Below, one piece after another: positions 1-11,747 of a stretch of DNA of 39,161 bases (its first letter is position 1; each line of letters begins with the position of its first letter). Under the pieces are notes generated by a model. The model saw only the letters and a list, made by a program, of their open reading frames with translations. It did not search any database and had not been told where the DNA came from. The stretch covers positions 1-39,161 of the forward strand of contig LXFE01002180.1 of NCBI GenBank assembly GCA_001929475.1, written 5' to 3'. The position numbers and the translations under genes were made by a program. The DNA is from Neolecta irregularis DAH-3 (lineage: Eukaryota).

Positions 1-66
1 CCGTCCTGTTCCCGTCCTGTTCCCGTCCTGTTCCCGTCCTGTTCCCGTCCTGTTCCCGTCCTGTTC
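1..66. repeat. Perfect 11-bp tandem repeat (CCGTCCTGTTC) x6, truncated by the window edge
   Basis: Directly visible; degenerate copies (ccctcctgtc, ccgtcctgtc, cagtcctgtcc) continue to ~165. Confidence 0.95.
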
Positions 67-391
67 TTCTATCCATTATCCCTCCTGTCACCATCTATCA
101 CCATCCTTTGATCGATCACCATCCTTTGATTCCGTCCTGTCTTCGCCGATTATCCAGTCCTGTCCTTCACCTCTATCCACCATTCTTATTCATCCTCTAA
201 CAATACTTTACTCTACTCTAGCTATCTAATCTCTACTCTCTACTCTACTCTAGCTATCTACTCTCTATACTACTTAACAGACTCCCTTCTGGAGCATGTC
301 TGGATAGTGTGAAGAGAGGTACAATCATATCCCGGTGGAAGAGGGTGCATAGCCAAGCACTTTTATAATTAGAACCATGTGGACAGTAGCC

Positions 392-497
392 GTCATCTTA
401 GTGACGACTCACTGCCATATAGGCATGATGATTATCTTGTTAGTACGACTCACTGCCACATAGATATGAGGATTATCTTAGGACCACTCACTGCCAG
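392..497. repeat. Imperfect ~41-bp tandem repeat, about 2.5 copies (core ACTCACTGCCA)
   Basis: actcactgcca occurs three times; gattatctt occurs twice plus one variant. Confidence 0.85.
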
Positions 498-799
498 TCA
501 CCTCTTTGTAACTATCTACTCGCTCTAATACTCATATATGCTCTGCAATACTCAAACTCTTCCATCGAATTACTCTACTCTGACTCGACTCTACTCGACT
601 CTACTCTTTCACTCTGAATCTACTCGTCTTCGCACTGCTATTGCCAAACTCCACTCATACACTAGACTAGTCGCCTCGATATACGACTCCTCCTACCCCG
701 GCAATGCCAATACACCAAAACTACACTATTCTAATCTGCATTAATCTACGTCGTGCTATACCTGCTTGATTCTGGTGGGTCTCATCCGCATTGACACAC

Positions 800-946
800 A
801 ACAATGGCTGTCTCACCTGCCATTTCTGCCCATTGTAAGCAAAGACACCCGCCGTCTCGTTTTGTTCCAACAATCCGTTTGACCCCGTTTCACTTGGCAC
901 CCTCGCAACAATAGTCTCTTGCCATGTTATCGCCTTTTCTATTGTT
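800..946. promoter_or_regulatory. Cluster of HMG-box core motifs (AACAAT/ATTGTT) upstream of the pheromone receptor
   Basis: AACAAT at 800, 869 and 907, ATTGTT at 941; TATAA-like element at ~985; ATG at 1023. Confidence 0.5.
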
Positions 947-1022
947 CGCTGATCAAAACCATGTTCTATATCCACTCTGGCCCTTATAACGCCCCGCTCC
1001 TCTCTCTTGCCATCTCATCCCC

Positions 1023-2166
1023 ATGGCTCCGAATGAAGACTTTAACCGCGGCTTTGAAAGTCAGCCCAACATCACTACCAACAGCTATCCGCCGCTGCAT
1101 CAGATACTAAACATCTCTTCACCCCTCGGCTATTCCATCGTCCCCCTCTCAGACATCGAGATCTACGAAGGCACCCGCGTTCACAGCGCCGCTCTCTTTT
1201 CGGCGCTCATTGCAGCCGCAGGAATCATGATCATCATGCTAGCCGTCGTAACGAAACCCGCAAAGCGAAAAACTCCAGTCTTTTTCATGAACCTCGCGTC
1301 TCTCATAGCACTGCTTCTCTCGTCCTCCCTCAGTCTTTCCTACTATTTGTCTTCCTGGGTCGGCATATACGTTCAGTTCACTGGAGACTTTGAGCCAGTC
1401 TCAAAAATGGACCAGGACGTCTCCATCGCTGGTGCATGTAGCCGCGTTCTGCTCATTACCTGCATCGAAATTTCCCTTGTCCTACAATGCCGTATCATAT
1501 GCTCCACCTCGCGGAAAGTAAAATTTCTCTTGACCGCTTTCGCTGTCGCAATCGCTTCCGCTGTCGTCATTCTTTGGATATACCTCACGGTACTTGGAAT
1601 TCAGTCTGGCAACGGTCCAAGCGATCAAGCCCACCTCGCTCGCCAAATTGTATATTCTGCAAGCATTTACTTCTTCTCTGCTATATTTGTCTCAAAACTT
1701 GTTCAAACGATTATGCTGCGAAGGAGACTAGGACTCGAGCAATTTGGTCCAATCCAAATCATCACGATAATGGGATGTCAGACCATGTTTGTCCCAGGTG
1801 TGTTGCCACGTTCTTATCAGTCACATCTAATGAATAGCCCTCGTGACGCTCTTGGATCATTGGGTACAATGGGGATCTATAGCTCCACTTGCCACTAGTC
1901 TTGTCGTTCTCAGTTTGCCGCTATCCTCAATTTGGGCTTCGTCACAATCAGAGATCCTTGCAAACGGCGCCACCGCTAGAAATCTATCTGGCAGGTCTAG
2001 AGAGCGCGGTGGAACAGTCACCAGCTCTCCAACCCCAGAGAAAGGTTCTTTTAATGGACCCAACATCTACGAATTGGAAAAGATCGACAACGTCGATGTT
2101 CACGAACACCATCACGGCGAATTCAATCAGTCTTTTAAAGATTCAACCAAATTAGCCCAGATATAA
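1023..2166 (+). CDS. ste2: Ste2/Mam2-type peptide pheromone GPCR (7TM), one intron at ~1798-1837
   Basis: Ste2-family motifs KRKTPVFFMNLASL, CIEISLVLQ, RRRLGLEQFGPIQIITIMGCQTMFVP and LVVLSLPLSSIWA; a GT..AG intron joins ORF 1023..1898 to 1843..2166. Confidence 0.93.
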
Positions 2167-2394
2167 AAAAGTCTTTTTATGTGTTTTGGAATCGGCCTGG
2201 AGTTTCTTTGCATAACTACTTCTATTATTCATTGATTATCCGGCTTTTCTTGTATAAATAGAATCAATGCCTCGCCTTAGGTAAAATCTCCGTTTGATAA
2301 AAACTCGTTTCTTGAAACGCTACTCTATGATATCCAACGGATCAATTTGTACAACCTCCCATATCGATATTCGGGATACCCGAATCCAGTCGTG

Positions 2395-3867
2395 ATGCCT
2401 CCCCGCAGTAAATCGCCAATGGCAGCCTATCGCGCCCGCGTAATAGCTATCCGCACAAAAGTCCTGGACAAGTATGATATCGTAGGCTTCATCTCCGCAG
2501 GCACCTATGGCCGCGTCTACAAAGCTTGGTATATCACTGGCATTACCGATCTTGACGCTTCAAGCAAAAATAACAAAGACTTTGCGATTAAGAAATTCAA
2601 ACCCGATAAAGAAGGGGAAATCATTCAATATACAGGTCTATCTCAAAGCGCCGTGCGGGAAATGGCGGTATTGTCCCACTCTACCAAGGCTGACTCACGT
2701 AGCTGAATCGCGAATTGAATCACGAGAATGTTATCCGTCTTCAGGAAATCTTTTTGGAGGATAAATGTATTTATATGGTCTTTGATTACGCAGAACACGA
2801 TTTATTGGTGCCGATTGTCTTGCATAATGTTGACTGTTTAGCAAATTATTCACCATCATTCGCATACCGAGCGCAAAGCGATTTCAGAGCAGATTATAAG
2901 GAGTATTATGTGGCAATTATTAAATGGGGTATCATATTTACACCAAAACTGGGTTTTGCACCGTGATTTGAAACCGGCGAATATCATGATCACCGGAGCT
3001 GGATGTGTAAAGATCGGTAGGACGTCATAAGCCAGTTCGAGTCGTGCTGATCTGAAACAAAAGGGGATTTAGGATTGGCAAGGTTATTTCACAGGCCCCT
3101 ACAGCCATTATTCAATGGAGACAAAATAGTCGTGACGATCTGGTATCGTGCCCCTGAGCTTTTACTGGGAGCTCGACATTATACGACTGCTATTGGCATG
3201 TTTTGCTTATCTCGGGTCAGGCATTTGCTTACTAAAAGATATTTGGGCCGTGGGATGTATTTTCGCGGAATTACTTGCACTTCGACCTATTTTCAAGGGA
3301 GAAGAAGTCAAGATGGACAAGCAAAAGGGTCTGCCATTTCAAAAGAATCAGATACAAAAGATCATGGATGTGCTAGGAACACCAAAAGGTATATTAGTCA
3401 CTCGCCCGATGATAATTTGTGGAAGAAGATAGATGGCCGGGCGTCAAGCATATGCCTGAATATTCTCACCTGTCGTCATTCAGAGAGTATCTCATTGATG
3501 TGGATATCTAATGACAGATATCCCTTCAATCTGAAGAGCTGGTTCACTGGCACCGGCGCAACAAACGAACAAGGCTTCAAACTGCTATCTTGCTTCTTCG
3601 AGTACGATCCCGAAAAGCGCATCGATGCATCCAAAGCCCTCCGACATGCATTTTTCACAGAGCAGCCCCGTTTCCCGCCCCTGTTTGACTCTGACGCAGT
3701 GATCATGATCTGACGCTTACAGTGCATTTGAAGGGCAAAAGACTGATTATCCCGCCAGAAGAATTACCCAAGACGACAACGATATTAAAAGCACTAGCAG
3801 CAGACCCGGTACTAAACGAGCAGGTCCCAGTTTAGACGACAACACACGTTCTAAGCGGCAGAGATAG
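2395..3867 (+). CDS. srb10: Mediator kinase CDK8 (Srb10/Ssn3), multi-intron
   Basis: [67 protein letters not shown]; spliced C-terminus [14 protein letters not shown]; start could be 2419. Confidence 0.95.
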
Positions 3868-4163
3868 GAAACGGTAGGATACAGGGCATATAGAATAGGA
3901 TATAAAAGGAGTCTGTATACTAGTGGGTCGGAAAAAGTAACCTCCAAAATACGAAACCCCCTAAAATAACGGGGTGGTTCTTCTCCACCCACCGCAACTT
4001 CTTCTTTCTTCCCTCTTCCATTGCGCACTTCCGTCTTTTCGCCAGCATCCTGTCGCCTTGCCGCTCAGTCTCTCCTTTCAGTTCTTCTGCGCATACTCTT
4101 CTCCTCGAATAATCCCCCTCTTCACTTCCCTTTACATATCCCCCCGCCCGGTCAATCGCTATC

Positions 4164-4913
4164 ATGGGCGGCTCAATGTCGAGACTGATGGCCAAGGTCT
4201 TTGGATCGAAAGAAATGAGAGTGTTGATGTTGGGTCTCGACGCCGCCGGCAAGACGAGTATGCTGTTGCTACTACTCGATAGTGACCTGTCTAGCGATCC
4301 TATACAAGCTGAAACTCAACCAAAAGTACACTACATCCCTATCTGCTATGAGCATTGACGTCCTCGCAGCGTGACAACAATCCCAACCGTAGGCTTCAAC
4401 GTGGAGACCGTCACCTACAAGAACGTCAGGTTCAATGTTTGGGTATGCAATTTTAAAGGGACGCATTGTGCTCATTACACGAACAGGATGTTGGTGGCCA
4501 AGATAAGATCCGTCCTTTGTGGAGACATTACTACTCGGGAACCCACGCTCTTATTTTCGTTGTCGATTCGGCAGATCGGGCTAGAATAGAAGAAGCCAGA
4601 AGCGAGTTGCATCGTATCATCAACGATAGAGAAATGAGAGACTGTCTGCTCCTAGTCTTTGCAAACAAGCAGGATCTACCGGACGGTAATCACTCTTATT
4701 TATAGTTATACTGAACTTTGTAGCCATGACACCGCAAGAATTGACAGACGAATTGCAGCTTGCCAAGCTTAAAGACAAGCTATGGAACGTCTGTTCAAGT
4801 GTTGCTACCACAGGGGAAGGTCTTCAAGACGGATTGGTAGTCTTACCTTTCTACTACTGCGCTGATAAAAGTCGTGGCTCGGTCATAACGTCAAAACTCC
4901 TCCAAAGAAATAA
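4164..4913 (+). CDS. arf6: ADP-ribosylation factor 6 (class III Arf), 5 introns
   Basis: MG myristoylation start, [62 protein letters not shown]. Confidence 0.93.
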
Positions 4914-5120
4914 ACATTTGAACCGAGTCTCATTCATATTATCCTTACGACAAGTCTTTATGTCTATCAACCATTAATCTAGTCTCTCCTGATCCATTAT
5001 CCTGTCTTCGTTGTCTTTCAAGCTTATTATACTAGACTGGTCCGTTTTAATCTTGCCATGGATATGTAATTCAATAAAATTTAATGGGGATGTATAGTTG
5101 TCTCTGATTTGCATGCCCTT

Positions 5121-5852
5121 TTATGGTCTCCACGATGCAAAGTAATCTCTGGTTTGATTATCGTACAATTCTTGTGTCGATTCTGGGAGCTCGGCAACTA
5201 CTAGCCCTGTCCATCAGTAGACGTGTATTGATCCTAGTTCATACCGGGTCGACCACTTACTATGGAGAATGAAGGAATAACGGTGTTTGCAGGAATGATC
5301 GTATCGTCTTCAATCCGAACGCACTCCTTGATAATTGCAAATTTTCCCTTCCAGTGAGTTGAATATACAAAGTTCCTACAATCACACAATTTTTCCCAAT
5401 TTTAACAAATGAGCCAATAGTGGCCGCCTCAACTGTTGAGCCTTGTCCAATATGAACATGATCACCGATTTTCATTGGGTAGTAGCTAAAAACCCTACCA
5501 GTTAAGCCCAAACATATCCTCTATTTCGATACCCTTTGTAAATTTTGCATGGTGGCTGTATTAGACATCCCCGGTCTAAAAGGCAATATCGACCAATTGC
5601 AACTACGACGCCTTGAGCTGCACCCGCTCTTTTCAGATCACCGCGGATCGTACAATCACTTTGGATTATCGTCTACTGGAGTTTAGCTGATGGCTTGCAA
5701 CAGCAAACACCTTTCCACCTAGAATGATATTCTGCGACCCTCTGATTTTCGATCGTCGGGACACCTTGTTCCCTGTATCCTATATGTCAATTTCGCTGTC
5801 TGGCAGAATCAATTACGGTCTCGATGAATTCTTTCGTTGTGGTCGCGGGCAT
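5121..5852 (-). CDS. dctn5: Dynactin subunit 5 (p25), left-handed beta-helix, 5 introns
   Basis: Spliced [40 protein letters not shown]...[23 protein letters not shown]...ELPESTQ. Confidence 0.92.
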
Positions 5853-6061
5853 CTTGCAATTTGCGAGGTTGATGGTTCTCAGGCCCAGTCTAAAATGTCT
5901 CTATATTTGAAATTCGGTCTACTATTCACCCTGGTCCATACATGTTCAAAACTTGAACTCTACGTTCAAGTGTAAGCCGGTCGATTCCGCGATTTATGCT
6001 TTCAATTCTCGTCAACATTTTCCATTATTTGGGACGTTCCAGGTTTCCGACAGCTGTCTCA

Positions 6062-6944
6062 ATGTTTAGCCCTGCCAGTTTTATCCGAGCGGAACCAGGA
6101 ATATATGGATTGATTATTCTGAATCAGCCGATCCTTTCTAAATTATTTCTGTTCCGCAGATTATGGAAGATGGGTTATCTATCTAGCCTATTTTGAAAAT
6201 TAAGTGATAGCATCAGTTAGAGTCGCTGCGGATGGAGGAGGAAACAGACTGTATGAAACGTTTGAAGAGAAGGAACGACTTGAATTTGTATGGACTTGAA
6301 ATTACAGCAGGCTAATCAACTAGATACCAGAGTATATCGTTGGAGATCTAGATTCTTTAAAACAAGAAGTGCAGGAATGGTATCAAGCGCAGGTATACTT
6401 CTATTCTTCCCCGATCTCATAAAAAGGGTACCCAAGTGAAGGAACATGAAGATCAGGATTTGACTGATTTCGACAAGAGTCTTTTACAAATTGATGAAGT
6501 GAGTTTTTCTACTCAAAGTAGTTATTCATTCCATCCAGGCAATCAGTAAAACATGCGACGTGGTGGTTCTCAGTGGAAACGGCGGTCGAACGGATCAAGT
6601 TTTCGCAAATATCAACATTTTATATCGACATCAACGACGAATCTTCCTCATCACAGAAGAGAGCATCACATTTGTGGTACGCAAAGGATCCTCGGTCATC
6701 TTGACGCCATGTCGTATATTTGGGAAGACATGTGGTTTGATACCTACTGGAAAACCAAGCATCATCTCGACAACTGGTTTAAAGTGGAACCTAGGTATGC
6801 GGACCTCCTCTACAATGCCCTTAGGCAATAGATCAAATGCATTCAGAATTTGGGGGTATGGTAAGTACGAGTAACGTTATAGTTGAAGAAGAGGTTACAG
6901 TCAATTGCACCGAAGATATTTTATGGACTATGGAACTGAGATAG
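6062..6944 (+). CDS. thi80: Thiamine pyrophosphokinase, multi-intron; start uncertain (5996 or 6062)
   Basis: LIILNQPI, AADGGGNRL, IVGDLDS, DQDLTDFDK, GGRTDQ, TTGLKWNL, FGGMVSTSN. Confidence 0.92.
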
Positions 6945-7934
6945 AACTTCCATATATTCAATATATCAGCCATCCTCATGAAAATAGAATAATCCTTGTT
7001 TGCCATTCTTGGGTTATGCTGATGCGATAGGTTATCGGATTTATGACTCAATCTCGGCTGATTCACCTGAATGCTGTCCCTTGATGAAGAACCCCTACAC
7101 TCAAACTCCTTCCATAAAAGGAATTTCAATATACATCGAATTTCACTAGAAGGATACTGAAAGATGGTGTTCTAAGTTTTCTTCTTAGATCACAGCCTGT
7201 GGAGTACAGGATTTCTTATCACAGCGTATCAGCGTGAATATAAGCGATTCTCAAAGCTATTTAGGGCTTACGGAAGACACAAATAAGTTATAATGCTTGA
7301 AAGTGGTATGATAATACAAACTCTGCAATTCGTTCATTGTTCATCGAATATGGCTATGTTTAGCTCGTTCCTTTCATCAAGCTGGCTCTATAGTTTGGTT
7401 CTACACACTTACCCCTATAATCTTGATTTTTAAGCGCCTTCTTAATTAGCAATCAGCCAGTTCTCTGAAACATTCACAATACATACTGCACTCGTGAACA
7501 ATAGCCTCAGATGCCGGCGTTAGGGGACATTTAGATCAAAAACTGGATTGCAAACGATCAGATTTTCTATCGCCGATGACATGTTCCCATTTCCTCACAT
7601 AAACGAGCACAATTTGAAGGGCTAGCTCCAACGCGGTTAGTATTCTTTTACGAATCACTAATTAATTAGCAGACATACTTTGCAAGGACGCGAAGTGCAC
7701 TAATTTCGTTCCTTGAAGGATGTAGCCATCATTATGGCTTTTCCCGCTGGCTGATGATATAGAACTTCCATTCAATTTTTTACTTCTGCATGGAAGCGGT
7801 ATCAGTAACTCTTGTTGGAATCATATAATGTTTATCACATATAATAACGTAGAGATGACTCAAGATCGATAGCTGGTGTCGTAGAAAAGATCATACTTCA
7901 ATTTAATAAAAAGATATATACAAAAGGGATGACA

Positions 7935-9285
7935 TTACTTAATTTCGTGGTCTTCTGCAGTTACAGTCTTGGCAAGCTTGAACAGCTCGGCTGCTTCTGG
8001 GACCCAAAGAAAGTTTACACATAGAGATTGAATGTCATAGAAATATTCCGAGAGGTTCATCACATTATTTCTGAGCAGCGCTTGTATGAATAGACAAAGC
8101 TGTCATGATCAGCGAATGGTTGTCTCTGAGTGTCTTACCAACTGCACTTGACGGGCTTGAGCTGCTCGATCAATTGCGACTTCGTTGGTTATTGCATTGG
8201 CTGGAAGACCCAGGCTTTCAGTTGCCCGTGTTGCGTTCGCGAGAAAGGCATGGACGAGAGTAGATGCATCCTCGGCCGTTAAGGCATTCTTCAAGATTGC
8301 AGGTTGAGTGATAAGAAGGTTGAGAAGCTCTAGAGTTTGAAGATTGGCTGGAAGATATGGTAACGTAGCCAGAATTCTAGAAACGTAAATTTCGCCCACA
8401 GGCAGTGCATACTCTGTCCGCTTCGGCGATTCGAGTAAGATGCTGATGACCAATCTGGTTAGAATTGAATTGAATTTTATCATTTCCGTCAATGTTGAGA
8501 TAGACAAGTCCAGCGATAGTAATGGTAATGTGTCATTTTGCAAGTAATTCATAATGTTCTAACCATATCGGCAATGAATGGTTTTTAGATCACATACTTC
8601 AACCTCAGCTTTTGTAAGCTCCTCAATACTTGCTCTTCGGAAATAATCTCCAACAATTTCGTCTGTGGCTGTTGCTTCCGTTCCGAAAGTTGAACTGCTA
8701 AAGTTGGTGGTCACTGTCCCAGCAACAGAATGTGTATCCATAGTGGCCATATCGCTGATACTCTCATTGTCAATGTCGAGCCTTCCTTGTACTGAAAGTG
8801 TATGGTCATAGGGTGAAATATCGAGCGATTGGAGTTGAAATATGATCGAGGGCGTTACTTCAACTTTTGATAGAGTTAGAGGAGCAAGCTATACCCTCAG
8901 TGAATACTCTAGGCTTAGTATTACCTCTGATCCTTTGCCAGATAATATCAGTCCGATGAGGACGACATTTTTTTCTTGTGTTTGACGAGCTTTGGCAACT
9001 TTCCAGACAGCAACAAAGTGCGCTAGGAAGGGATTCATAGATAGCTCATGATCTGCATAAAGGGAATAAAGGATATATTCACCGTTTGTCTTCTCGATAT
9101 CCTACCAAGTTATCTTGTGTGCTTTTTAAGCTTAATACAGTTGCGAGCGGCGCCTCAATCGCTGAGAGGACATCGCAGGCTGAAACAAACAAGTCACCGC
9201 TTACTACTTCTCTAAATATCGCCGCGACCTCTGCGAAAGACAAATCTTCTCGTCGGATTATTTGGATCAACTCGGGGCCGAGCAT
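7935..9285 (-). CDS. cnot11: CCR4-NOT subunit 11-like protein (DUF2363 C-terminus), multi-intron
   Basis: Spliced C-terminus RQVQLV..FIQALLRNNV...FYDIQSLCVNFLWVPEAAELFKL resembles CNOT11 RLVRLVCVFLQSLIRNKI...[21 protein letters not shown]; internal exon borders approximate. Confidence 0.75.
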
Positions 9286-9433
9286 TCTAGAGGGTAGTGT
9301 TAAAATTCTGTAGGTAGTGGGGACGCCTAAATTACTTGCCTTGAACAGGTTTGGTTATGTGCTTATTTTAGAAAACAATCATAAAAGCAAGTCTGAATGC
9401 CCAGAGAATTACAATCTATCTATTTAAAAAGTT

Positions 9434-10509
9434 TTATGTATTCATATCATCGGGCAGCTGGAACATGCGCAATGACTGTACGACCCGCGGATCAACTTGC
9501 ACATCTTCATGCCAATCGCCTTCAACTTTCTTTCTTAATTTTGAAGGCCAATCGTCTTCTTCGGTTAGGTCAGCGTTTTCATCGCCGGCTTCCCATTTAC
9601 GATAGTGGCCAAGTACGACTGCCGTGGTAGCTTTTCCGATTTGATCAGCTAGTTCCCTGCGATTCAGGAATCGATATATACGCCAAGGAGTCCGTAAGAA
9701 TCCAAGTAGATGTGGAAAGGGTACAAGCTGAATTGGTTCGACTGTGTATAGGGCGGGTGTGCAGGATGAATATTCCTTGGGGGTAATATACGCCTTTGGA
9801 ACAGGTAATCTTTTCTCCTTTTCTTCATCTTCCTTTTCTTCAACCTTCTCTTGTTCAGATTCAATGGTTCCAGATACTGGGGCTTCCAGCGGTCCAAGAA
9901 TTCCCTCATGTAGGCCACGGAGAAATTCTTTAAAGGTATGTCGACCAACAACAATATCTGCTCCATGCTCTGGTGATTTTGTGGCTCGAGCAATAAACCC
10001 CCATTGATCGTTATTATTGCCTTCTCCTTTTCTTGATTTTCGTATATGTTCTGCCAATTGATTTCTAACTTCACCTTCCCTTAATCCTTCTTTTAACTCG
10101 TAATCAACAGCGCCGGCATGCAAAATGGGCTTTGAATTAGAATGAATATCCTGAGATTATCGCGTACCTTCACATAATCATTGAAATGATCTCTAGCAAC
10201 ATGTATCGTGTCACCGGGAGGTGCGCTCAACCAAACTGTAACTTTCCTCGGTAAATCCAGTGGCAACAATGGCTGTTCGGCAAGATATCGAACTTTACCC
10301 TTCCATTTCTCTTGAGCTTCTTTAGCCTTCCGACGGTCGTATATGATTGCGCCGGTAAGTGACGAAACCGTAAGAAGAAAAATCGTCCAATTTCTTGAAG
10401 GCAGTTTCCTGCGAAGTCGCGGGAGACCAAGAGCACGAAATGCAGGGTTTCCTTCAGAAGGCTTTGAAGTCGTTGTAACCTTTCCTGGTGTCAATGCAGG
10501 TTGGCTCAT
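9434..10509 (-). CDS. tim54: Mitochondrial TIM22 complex subunit Tim54, one intron
   Basis: NPAFRALGLP..KLPSRNWTIF, IYDRR, PRKVTVWLSAPPGD, GRHTFKEFLRGLHEGILGPL, FPHLLGFLRTPWRIYRFLNRR. Confidence 0.95.
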
Positions 10510-11330
10510 CGATTTTTGCGATGTGATCTCCCAAAAAGGCTATCGAAAACGTAATTTTCTTTGCATCCCGGACTTTCCCGAAATCTTATTCAGACTTGAT
10601 TTTGGAAAAGGTTGAAGCCGAGTTTTTCTAATCAATAGCTTTTTAGTTATATGTCTGGATGTTTGATCCTTGGTTTTTGTTTTGTTTTTATCAAGCGATG
10701 GTACTTGTATCTGCAGAAGGCTAATTCTTGGATTCACATTTTCTGAAACATGGCACATTTCGCCTGTGACGTAATCCTTCCGGTGGGTACTAGATGTTGT
10801 TTTCATCCTTTTCATTGGACCGGACTCGGCTAGTCCCTTTGCTTTGAAAGCCTCTAGAGCCGATCCTCTTGATTGAAAGGGGATTTGAACAAAGGTGGAA
10901 TGACGTCTTGTTCGACACGTCGTTGTCTACTGCTATCTGGTCGATTTGCCAAACATAATGTCTTACGAGGCCCAGAGGACTATGCGATACCTTGTTGTAT
11001 TCCATCCCGACTAAGAAGAGCATTGCCATCGAAGGATCGAATCCAGAATAGTGGCAGAATGACATAGGCCGGGTGATTTCCCCTGCGAAAAGCTAATGGA
11101 GCAGGGATGAGATAAGATAAGAAAATAGAATACATCGACTACGATATGAAGTAGATACCTATACATTGTAGAGAGAACGGCTGGCTCGAGAGGAAAAGAG
11201 TAAATTATGACGAGAAAAGTCCAAGTAGTAATGGAAAAGCGCCCTTAAATGCGAGTGTGAATGCTGCAATGCTGACGTAGTATAAAACGGGTTGCCGTTC
11301 CGTGTCGTCCTCTTATTTCATCTCCGTACA

Positions 11331-11747
11331 ATGGCTTTTACTGCTTCGTGTGTCCCTCTTGCCGATAACTCTCCAGCTAATAGTCCAGCGATATCTGCAA
11401 GATCATCTTTGGTATAGCTGGCGACACCAGAAACATCGCTGACGTTTCCAGCCATCATTCTTCCTCCGCTGGGAGTTTTCCTTGGTATGCAGTGTCTCAG
11501 TCTGAACAAGGCTCACTCTATGAATAGAACGTGGCTGTGGAGCTGACTTACTGATCGACGTACGCATATTTTATTGGCACCGTCTAAACTATATAGATCT
11601 TATTAACTATTCTTGGTTATATCCGTAAGACTTGTCTTAAAAACCCATTGACCAACTCCCCTTACAGCTGGAATTGTCTACGCTTTGTATATCGTATGCT
11701 CTCCTGGCAAAAGAAATCCTCCTGATTATTAGATCCTCAAGTACTGA
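11331..11747 (+). CDS. pmp3: Pmp3/UPF0057 plasma-membrane proteolipid, 57 aa split by 6 introns (absent from ORF track)
   Basis: Manual splicing of GT-AG introns gives MAFTASDICKIIFAIILPPLGVFLERGCGADLLIDILLTILGYIPGIVYALYIILKY*; TATAAAA at 11281. Confidence 0.95.

Noticed and set aside
392-497. CRISPR-like repeat/spacer appearance
   Set aside because: Eukaryotic context, the intervening segments are themselves repeated, and there are no cas genes
1-2400. Mating-type locus or pheromone precursor next to ste2
   Set aside because: No HMG, alpha-box or homeodomain ORF, Kex2-repeat precursor or CAAX mini-ORF recognised in the window
5900-6944. TPP riboswitch in the thiamine pyrophosphokinase gene
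   Set aside because: Conserved CTGAGA and TGATCnnGnTAATnCCAGCG elements were not found in the correct arrangement
6950-7900. Hidden gene suggested by GTATGT..CTAAT..AG intron-like segments on the minus strand
   Set aside because: I could not assemble an ATG-initiated open spliced frame or recognise a domain; may be a lncRNA or UTR
10750-11067. RNase P/MRP, SRP, U17/snR30, spliceosomal snRNA or telomerase RNA identity for the structured segment
   Set aside because: Diagnostic conserved motifs (P4 halves, SRP helix 8, m1/m2, template) were not identifiable
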